A stretch of DNA of 64,000 nucleotides from a virus (taxonomy: Duplodnaviria > Caudoviricetes): positions 256,001-320,000 of the IMG/VR virus record IMGVR_UViG_3300014205_000170; one strand, given 5' to 3'. Made by a program: the position numbers and the translations under genes. Below, piece after piece: positions 57,505 through 64,000 of this stretch. How positions within the stretch are numbered: position 1 is the stretch's first letter; each line of letters opens with the position of its first letter. The notes below the pieces were generated by a model. The model was not told the DNA's origin and ran no database searches. It saw nothing but the letters and a program-made list of their open reading frames with translations.

Positions 57505-57815
57505 AAACCAACATAAACAGTTGCTCCTCCGGCCAATTCGCTGTCAGGCTTAACAATATATGTATCTGACATATAAACAACATTACTTATATCATTTAAT
57601 AATCTATATTGATGATATCCATAAGTTGTAGAAGAAAAAGAAGCTGTAAAAGTTCCGGTTGATGCTTGTGAAAGAGCAATCGTTAAAGTAATTGCTGTTG
57701 TTACAGAACCATCAATAAAAAAAGAAGTTGTAAAAGTAGCAGCAGACAAAGGATTTCCATCTACGTCTAAAGACATAATATTATCATAAACTGTTACTCC
57801 GGTTCTTATATCCAT
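57501..57815 (-). CDS. Small Ig-like virion protein
   Basis: DVDGNPLSAATF..TGTFTASFS beta-rich pattern; fibre-gene context. Confidence 0.55.
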   Translation of the reverse strand: MDIRTGVTVYDNIMSLDVDGNPLSAATFTTSFFIDGSVTTAITLTIALSQASTGTFTASFSSTTYGYHQYRLLNDISNVVYMSDTYIVKPDSELAGGATVYVGL

Positions 57816-57818
57816 TTT

Positions 57819-57968
57819 TTAAATAATAAATATGCAACTTATTTCTCCAGAAGTTGTAAAATCATAACTAGACCCATCCATTGAGAATGATTCAATATTA
57901 CCTCCAGCATCACCATAAGGTAATTCTAAAATAAAATCTGTTACATCAAAAACTATATCATCAATCAT
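57819..57968 (-). CDS. 49-aa acidic protein
   Basis: Likely start MIDDIVF at 57968, overlapping the stop of 57961..58134. Confidence 0.5.
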   Translation of the reverse strand: MIDDIVFDVTDFILELPYGDAGGNIESFSMDGSSYDFTTSGEISCIFII

Positions 57969-58134
57969 TATAAATTTCTCCTGTTTTAATAAAACATGCT
58001 TGATATTGATAATCTGGTTGTATACTACCATCTTTTATAACTAAAACTAAGTCGCAATTATCAAATATCCCTCCTTCAAAAACTCTTAAAGTTTCATCAT
58101 GTAATAGTTTTTGGTTTGTTTCTAATTGTATCAT
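57961..58134 (-). CDS. 57-aa protein (missed by the ORF track)
   Basis: MIQLETNQKLLHDETLRVFEGGIFDNCDLVLVIKDGSIQPDYQYQACFIKTGEIYND*. Confidence 0.55.
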   Translation of the reverse strand: MIQLETNQKLLHDETLRVFEGGIFDNCDLVLVIKDGSIQPDYQYQACFIKTGEIYND

Positions 58135-58136
58135 AA

Positions 58137-60254
58137 TTATCCTTGTGTTAATAATGCCCTAACTCTTATTCCATTTGGAAGAGATGTTGCGGTATATCTT
58201 ATATAATTCCCAACTGCATCTTGACTAGAATCCCATGTCAACCAACTACTTCCACCATTTGTTGAATATTCAAATGTTCCATAACCAGATGTTAAAACAT
58301 CATCATCTAAAACAAGTACTGCTGTTTCTGCGTTATAAATTCTAATTCTCATATTAGGAATAATGCTAGACCAAAGAGTTCCTTGTCTATAGCCAAATAT
58401 TCTATTGGTAACAGATGAGTTGGCAACTGATGGTTCATAATGACTATCTGTTGTATTATCTTCATATGTAAATGTTAATCCCATAATTCTAGCTGGAATA
58501 CAGGTTGTACCTAATATTTTAAATATAAACATAAACTGAATCTCAGTTGCATTAATACCACTCAAATCACCATATTCATCTAACTCTGTCCAATTACCAG
58601 TATTATCATCTATACCACTAATTCTATAATGTGATTTAAATGGTTCTGTCGGTAACGAGAAAGTATCCGTACCTAATTTATTAACAGCTTTAACTGAAAG
58701 ATTATATAATTTATTAGAATCACTAATATCAAATTTAGGTGTGATTAACATTTGATTATTAGCTTCAGCATATCTCTGATGAGCGCCAATTGGTAATGTA
58801 TATAGTTGATTTAATGCTGACGTTGTACCAATTCTTGCAAGATACAATATACCATTTTCTGACCAAATCGACATTGCACTCGCTAAAATTGCTGGATGGG
58901 GTACACCACCACTATCACTAGTTGTGATGTCTTCTTGTTTATCATCATTTAAGAAAATATGGTCGAACGGATTTGAAACCGTGTTATATTGTGTTACATA
59001 ACTTCTAATACCAGCAGCACCAGTTGATGCAATTACTAATCTATCAATAGTACCTGATATTTCACATGAATTCATAGCAGAGCCAGCTAAATAAGTAACC
59101 GTTCCACCAGGTGGAATCTCTACCATAACATCACTTTGCCATGTTGTTGAGCCAGCTGTAATACCAGATATAGCTGCTCTATAAACCCTTGTAGTTGTAA
59201 CAAAATACAGTGATTCAACTCCCGCTCCTGGTCCATGTTGAAGAGTTCCTAGACGACCATTATTAGCTTGAGAGATTGTGCCAGTCACAGCTTGGTTACC
59301 AGTTTTAATGACATTTGTTGTTGTGTCCTTACCAGATGCTAGAGTTAATGCTTTTCTGAAATTATAAGCAAAAACTTTTACAGTAGCTGTATCCAAAACA
59401 TAGGTGTTTCCACTAATCCAAGAAGATTTATCTTGGAGTGTAACTCCACATGCTGCTGTATTAGTGACCACAGCAGCATCAGCAAGCCAATAAACAGCTC
59501 TTATATTATCAGTACCAACTGCTGCTGGAATTGTTGTTCCAACAGATGTAAATATTTCTGGTCGAATACCTTTAGCAACAAACAGACCACCATTTGCAGC
59601 TGTTGCATTTGTTGTTGTCGTTAAAACCATCATGTCTTCAATAACATAGGATGTACCTGTTGAGTATGTCTCACTTAAAGAAGTAGAAAGAGTTAAACCA
59701 GAATTACTTGAAATTGCGCTAATTTCTGCCCACTCAGTTACTAATGTTGGGTCAGAAGAGCCAAATCCAATTCTACATCCTACTGACATCCTATCAGTAA
59801 CCCAAGCAGTGCTTGTTCCTGATACTGTAGTACCAGTTGCACCTATTGTACCAGTAGTATATAATTCTCTAACAATCCTAAATCCTCTAATTGTATGGTT
59901 TGTTACTGTTGGATATGTTAATGTAATAAATCCTTTCCAGTTAAAATCTGATGTATCTTTATTATATTCATACATAATAATTCTTCTTGTTGCAGAAGCT
60001 GTTGCATTTTCAGCTAAAAAACACCAATCAATTTCATTAGAAAAAGTAATTACGTGTGGATAAAAACCAGCAATAGATGTTGATTGTTCGACTGGTCTAG
60101 CCATACCAATCTTTGCTGGTCCAGCAAATACATCTGATACAGTTGCTCCAGAATACTGTTTAATATTAGAACCTAAATTAGTAACACTTGAATCATACGT
60201 TGTGATTCCTGTAGTAGTACCATTAAATCTAAAATTTTTTGCTTTTATTGCCAT
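58137..60254 (-). CDS. Large Thr/Gly/Ser-rich virion protein (fibre/receptor-binding-like)
   Basis: YTTGTIGATGTTVSGTSTAW segment; beta-rich composition. Confidence 0.65.
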   Translation of the reverse strand: MAIKAKNFRFNGTTTGITTYDSSVTNLGSNIKQYSGATVSDVFAGPAKIGMARPVEQSTSIAGFYPHVITFSNEIDWCFLAENATASATRRIIMYEYNKDTSDFNWKGFITLTYPTVTNHTIRGFRIVRELYTTGTIGATGTTVSGTSTAWVTDRMSVGCRIGFGSSDPTLVTEWAEISAISSNSGLTLSTSLSETYSTGTSYVIEDMMVLTTTTNATAANGGLFVAKGIRPEIFTSVGTTIPAAVGTDNIRAVYWLADAAVVTNTAACGVTLQDKSSWISGNTYVLDTATVKVFAYNFRKALTLASGKDTTTNVIKTGNQAVTGTISQANNGRLGTLQHGPGAGVESLYFVTTTRVYRAAISGITAGSTTWQSDVMVEIPPGGTVTYLAGSAMNSCEISGTIDRLVIASTGAAGIRSYVTQYNTVSNPFDHIFLNDDKQEDITTSDSGGVPHPAILASAMSIWSENGILYLARIGTTSALNQLYTLPIGAHQRYAEANNQMLITPKFDISDSNKLYNLSVKAVNKLGTDTFSLPTEPFKSHYRISGIDDNTGNWTELDEYGDLSGINATEIQFMFIFKILGTTCIPARIMGLTFTYEDNTTDSHYEPSVANSSVTNRIFGYRQGTLWSSIIPNMRIRIYNAETAVLVLDDDVLTSGYGTFEYSTNGGSSWLTWDSSQDAVGNYIRYTATSLPNGIRVRALLTQG

Positions 60255-60275
60255 ATCTATTTTAAGTAAATATTA

Positions 60276-61268
60276 TTAATTTTTAATTGTTCTCACGCTT
60301 AAAGTAAGTTTAGAAATTGTAGTTGCTGAAATTAAATTAAATACTATAATTTCACCGTTAGTAACACCAGTAATCCAGGTATTTAATGAGCCAGTATTAG
60401 ATTGAAACTGAATATTATTCAACATAGGTTTTTGAGTTCCAGTTATTGAATCTGATACTGTTGGAAAAGTTGTATTTTTCCAAATATCTATCGCACAATT
60501 TCCACTTGTATTTGCAACAATATCCCAGCCAGTTATTCCTAAATTATATGGTACTATAAAGAAACCTTTTTGACCAGTAGTCAAAACATTTCCATTACCA
60601 TCAATTGTAATTCCAAACGCACCTGTAATTCCAGTTAAATTACCTCCATTACCTAAATATGTTGTAGCTGATAAAGTATTTGCTGTTAATGTGTTTACAG
60701 TTGTATTACCAGTAACAAAAAAATTAGATTTTATTGTTGTTAATCCAGATGTGGTTAAACTATTAATAGATGGTGAATCAATTACATTTATTGTGGGTGC
60801 ACTAGCTGTTCCTCCTGTAGTAATATTTGAACCAGGTTGAACTGATGTTGAAGACCCGTCACCACCTACACCGATTTGTTGGAAAATAGAATATAAATTT
60901 GTATTCCCTGAATAAATTGTGCCTCCAGAAATTGTATTAGCAGAAACAGAATTAAATAAAGTATTGTTGTTTACACTAACAACAGGATTGAAATCAGAAC
61001 CAAATATATTAACATTTGTACCAGCAGATAACTTTACACTATCAACTCTATTAGAATTATATATAATATTATTATGTTCATCTTTTGCTGTAATATACCC
61101 ATTATCAATAGCACTTTGAACAGATTTAGAATTTGTAATTTGAGTTAATGTAAACTCAGAAGTTAAATTATAATTAAGTGTAGTTGCAGTATAAAAAGCT
61201 CTATAACCTAAGTCTGAAAAAACAACTGGGTCTAATGTACCTGTAGTATTTATTATAAAATGTGCCAT
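60276..61268 (-). CDS. Tail-fibre-like protein
   Basis: SANTISGGT and TANTLSATT repeats; C-terminal GITIDG..TTGQKG jelly-roll-like domain. Confidence 0.65.
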   Translation of the reverse strand: MAHFIINTTGTLDPVVFSDLGYRAFYTATTLNYNLTSEFTLTQITNSKSVQSAIDNGYITAKDEHNNIIYNSNRVDSVKLSAGTNVNIFGSDFNPVVSVNNNTLFNSVSANTISGGTIYSGNTNLYSIFQQIGVGGDGSSTSVQPGSNITTGGTASAPTINVIDSPSINSLTTSGLTTIKSNFFVTGNTTVNTLTANTLSATTYLGNGGNLTGITGAFGITIDGNGNVLTTGQKGFFIVPYNLGITGWDIVANTSGNCAIDIWKNTTFPTVSDSITGTQKPMLNNIQFQSNTGSLNTWITGVTNGEIIVFNLISATTISKLTLSVRTIKN

Positions 61269-61274
61269 ATATTA

Positions 61275-64000
61275 TTATCCTCTTTGTTTAAAGTAAACAT
61301 CTACTCTTGGGTATGCAATGCTTGAACCACTCATTCCAATATACAATGTTTGACCTGAATTAATATTAATGTTATAATCTGTTTTTGCAGAATACACATT
61401 TGAAGACATTCCTAAAATCGCAACAAAGTCAGTTGCTAATGTTGTTCCTGTAGTAATAAAAGCTTGCCATGTTTCAGATACAGAACCTGCCATTACCAAT
61501 TTTGTTATTGTAGCATCATAAGGAACTCTAAATGGAGTTGTACTATAAAACATTCCATCTTCGTAACTTAAAAATTGTGTAGTTGCACTACTATTTCTTG
61601 CGCCAGTTAATCTTTGTTCACTAGATGATAACCATTTTGTTCTAACACCATCATATATAAATTGTTCATAATCTGTATTTCTAGTCCATGTATTGCCTGT
61701 ATTTATTGGAGCAGTAGCTTTTATAACATTTCCAAAAATTTGTTCTGTATCATTATAATATGTAGTTGCACTTACAGTTGCTGCTGTTAAATTATTTACA
61801 TAAACATTACCACCAACAGTATCAACACGAAATACAGCTGTTGTACCTGTTGAATTAAATACAGATAACCCAGAAGTTGAATTACTTCTAAATAAAGTAT
61901 TTCCACTCACATCTAATTTTGCTAAAGGAGCAGCAAAAGAACCTAAACCAATTCCAATGTTCCCACCTGATAAAATCAAATGTGCAACACTAGCACCAAT
62001 TAATCCAACAGCATTACTAGAAAAACCAATTCCCATTTGATTACTTGCAGTAGATGTAACGCCAGGATAATCCAAACCTCCATTACCATAAAATTGTGAT
62101 TTTAAATCACCGTTATCCATTAAAAATCCTGTATTACCAGCAGAATTTGTAATTCTAAATAAAGAACCAGATGTTGTTCCACTTACATGTAATTGTCCAT
62201 TAGGTGCAGAAGTTCCAACTCCAAGTGGATGACTAAAATACGAAGTTAAACCTGTAGCAATTAAACCAGTCTCGCTTAATACTTTATTGATAGAAGTTCC
62301 ACTTGTAGGTTGTATAATTGGTGTTGCATTCCAAAAAGATAAAAATTGAGAATTAGCAGTTCCTATTCTAGTTCCAGTAGAACCGGTAGAAATTGTAATA
62401 TTATATCCAGCACTAAATTGTAAATCGCCTGCTCTAACTCTAAACACTGCTGCACTAGCACCAATATCAAATATTGTATCTGCACCTGATGCTGCTACAA
62501 TCCTTAAATTTCCAACTGTGTTTCTTAAATATGCATTTGTAGATGTACCATCAAAATCAATAATAGGCCCAGCAACTGTTAAACCAGAAACTTTTGTCAT
62601 TCCTGTTAAGTTGGTTTGAAAACCTGTCATTGATTGCAAACCATTAGAAATACTAGTAGCAGTAAATGCACTTGCGCTTGTAGGAACATTAATAGAAAAA
62701 ACGTTATTAGTTGATAATCTCATTTTTTCAATAGTAGAAATACTAAATATATAATCTGCATTAGTTACATTTAAAGTAGCATTAGAATTCGCATCTGCTC
62801 CTAAAGTTAAACAAGGCGTAACAGTTGCTCTTCTATTAACAATAATTCCTTCTGTTGTGTTTGGTATGAAAACAAAATTTCTACTAGCACTTTGTGCTGC
62901 TAAATCTGAATTCACTACAATACCACTACCCGCTACATGAACACCACCATTAACACCAAATGCATAACCTGCTGTAGCGGAAACATTCACACCTACTCTA
63001 CTATTTAATGTATCTACTACAAACACATTAGTAGTTGAAGTTAATGATTGAACTGTAAATCCAGTTGTGGACATTGACCTAAATACAGTATCTCCAGAAT
63101 CTTTTATTCTTAATGTAGAAACAGCTCTTGTGTAGAAATCAAAACCACCTGTTGTTGATTGATAAAAATTTAAAGCGTTTGGTGTATAATTACTATTTCC
63201 AGTAGATGCTTGCAAAATTTTTGCATCATTACTATTATTTAAAAACTGTAAACTCGCAGCTGCTCCTGCACCTGCATTGGTGTTTTGAACATATATTTTT
63301 GTTTCACCATTTTGAGCTCTAGAAATATTTATTGGTATTGTTGTCGCATTTGGAGTTGCACCAATTCCCAATCCCGTTGATGCAAATATTGTATCAGCAG
63401 AAATTGTTGTTGAAGAAATTGGCAAATCAAAATAAGCAGCAGTAGCACCAGTTCCAATTAAACCAGTATCACTTAAAACTCTATTTAAAGAAGTTCCACT
63501 TGTTGGTTGTATTATTGGTATATTATTCCAAAAAGCAAATTTTGCTGTTGTTGATAAGCCAATTCGAGTTCCTGTAGATGTGCCAAAACTCAAATTTGTT
63601 CCTTCAGCAAAAGTTAATGATGTGCTTGTAAACTGAGCAGCTGTTACATTTGCTATTCTAAAATGAACTGCTGATGCTGCATTAAGATATGTATTAATGT
63701 TGCTAACATCACCTAATAAAGTATAGTTTGTACTTGATGGGACTACACCCATATAGATTGCTCCTAATGTATTTCCAGCAGTCCAATCTCTAATAACAAT
63801 TCCTTGATTAGCTATTGAACCAGCTAATACTTGTACGTTCCCACTAAATGCTCCAGCAAAATTATTTGTGGCACCACTCTGGGCATGTGCAAATATACCA
63901 TATGAATTTGTTACAGCTGTACCAACATATCCTCTTTCAATTAATAAAGCTGATGTTGAAGATAAATAAGTATTTGTTGAAGCAGATGGAGCTCCTGCAA
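61275..64000 (-). CDS. Long tail-fibre-like protein, truncated by the right window edge
   Basis: Frame stays open from 63752 to the edge; contains GIGATP/GVGTSAP..LHV fibre repeats. Confidence 0.7.
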   Translation of the reverse strand, partial: AGAPSASTNTYLSSTSALLIERGYVGTAVTNSYGIFAHAQSGATNNFAGAFSGNVQVLAGSIANQGIVIRDWTAGNTLGAIYMGVVPSSTNYTLLGDVSNINTYLNAASAVHFRIANVTAAQFTSTSLTFAEGTNLSFGTSTGTRIGLSTTAKFAFWNNIPIIQPTSGTSLNRVLSDTGLIGTGATAAYFDLPISSTTISADTIFASTGLGIGATPNATTIPINISRAQNGETKIYVQNTNAGAGAAASLQFLNNSNDAKILQASTGNSNYTPNALNFYQSTTGGFDFYTRAVSTLRIKDSGDTVFRSMSTTGFTVQSLTSTTNVFVVDTLNSRVGVNVSATAGYAFGVNGGVHVAGSGIVVNSDLAAQSASRNFVFIPNTTEGIIVNRRATVTPCLTLGADANSNATLNVTNADYIFSISTIEKMRLSTNNVFSINVPTSASAFTATSISNGLQSMTGFQTNLTGMTKVSGLTVAGPIIDFDGTSTNAYLRNTVGNLRIVAASGADTIFDIGASAAVFRVRAGDLQFSAGYNITISTGSTGTRIGTANSQFLSFWNATPIIQPTSGTSINKVLSETGLIATGLTSYFSHPLGVGTSAPNGQLHVSGTTSGSLFRITNSAGNTGFLMDNGDLKSQFYGNGGLDYPGVTSTASNQMGIGFSSNAVGLIGASVAHLILSGGNIGIGLGSFAAPLAKLDVSGNTLFRSNSTSGLSVFNSTGTTAVFRVDTVGGNVYVNNLTAATVSATTYYNDTEQIFGNVIKATAPINTGNTWTRNTDYEQFIYDGVRTKWLSSSEQRLTGARNSSATTQFLSYEDGMFYSTTPFRVPYDATITKLVMAGSVSETWQAFITTGTTLATDFVAILGMSSNVYSAKTDYNININSGQTLYIGMSGSSIAYPRVDVYFKQRG

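Noticed and set aside
1-64000. Stop-codon reassignment as seen in some Bacteroidota phages
   Set aside because: Core genes are full length in the standard code, and both TAG and TGA end genes at sensible positions. The two broken genes are frameshifts, not read-through.
1-64000. CRISPR array, tRNA/rRNA, DGR, introns or inteins
   Set aside because: I saw no regularly spaced repeats, cloverleaf or reverse transcriptase; terminase and portal are uninterrupted and of normal length. Intergenic gaps are short.

Overview
This is an AT-rich, gene-dense segment of a large T4-like (myovirus-type) jumbo phage. The host is very probably a Bacteroidota: there are two tandem Bacteroidota-type RpoD sigma factors starting MRQLKIT, TAnnTTTG promoter elements, an Hc1-like protein and a Bacteroidota-like DnaQ. 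The window holds baseplate genes (gp25-, gp6- and gp5/gpV-like), a gp55-like late sigma factor, and a ~28 kb sugar-synthesis/glycosyltransferase island (ColD + 2x Fcl/ColC, GT11, 2x GT10, several GT2/GT4, carbamoyltransferase, SET methyltransferase). It also holds acidic head core/scaffold-like genes, PhoH, a C5 methyltransferase, portal, large terminase and tail-fibre-like genes. The most striking unexplained signal is a 7-residue peptide tag, [R/K]-x-[V/I]-hydrophobic-x-E-K (typically RKVLFEK). It occurs in frame in 19 small, mostly unrelated accessory ORFs across the window, on both strands, with heavy synonymous codon variation. Five of the tagged ORFs are truncated or catalytically dead copies of core virion proteins: portal clip domain, major capsid C-terminus, prohead protease and two tail-tube copies. 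This suggests a modular 'virion mimic + common docking tag' system, such as anti-defence decoys/adaptors or assembly poisons. All annotations come from motif recognition by eye; no searches were run.
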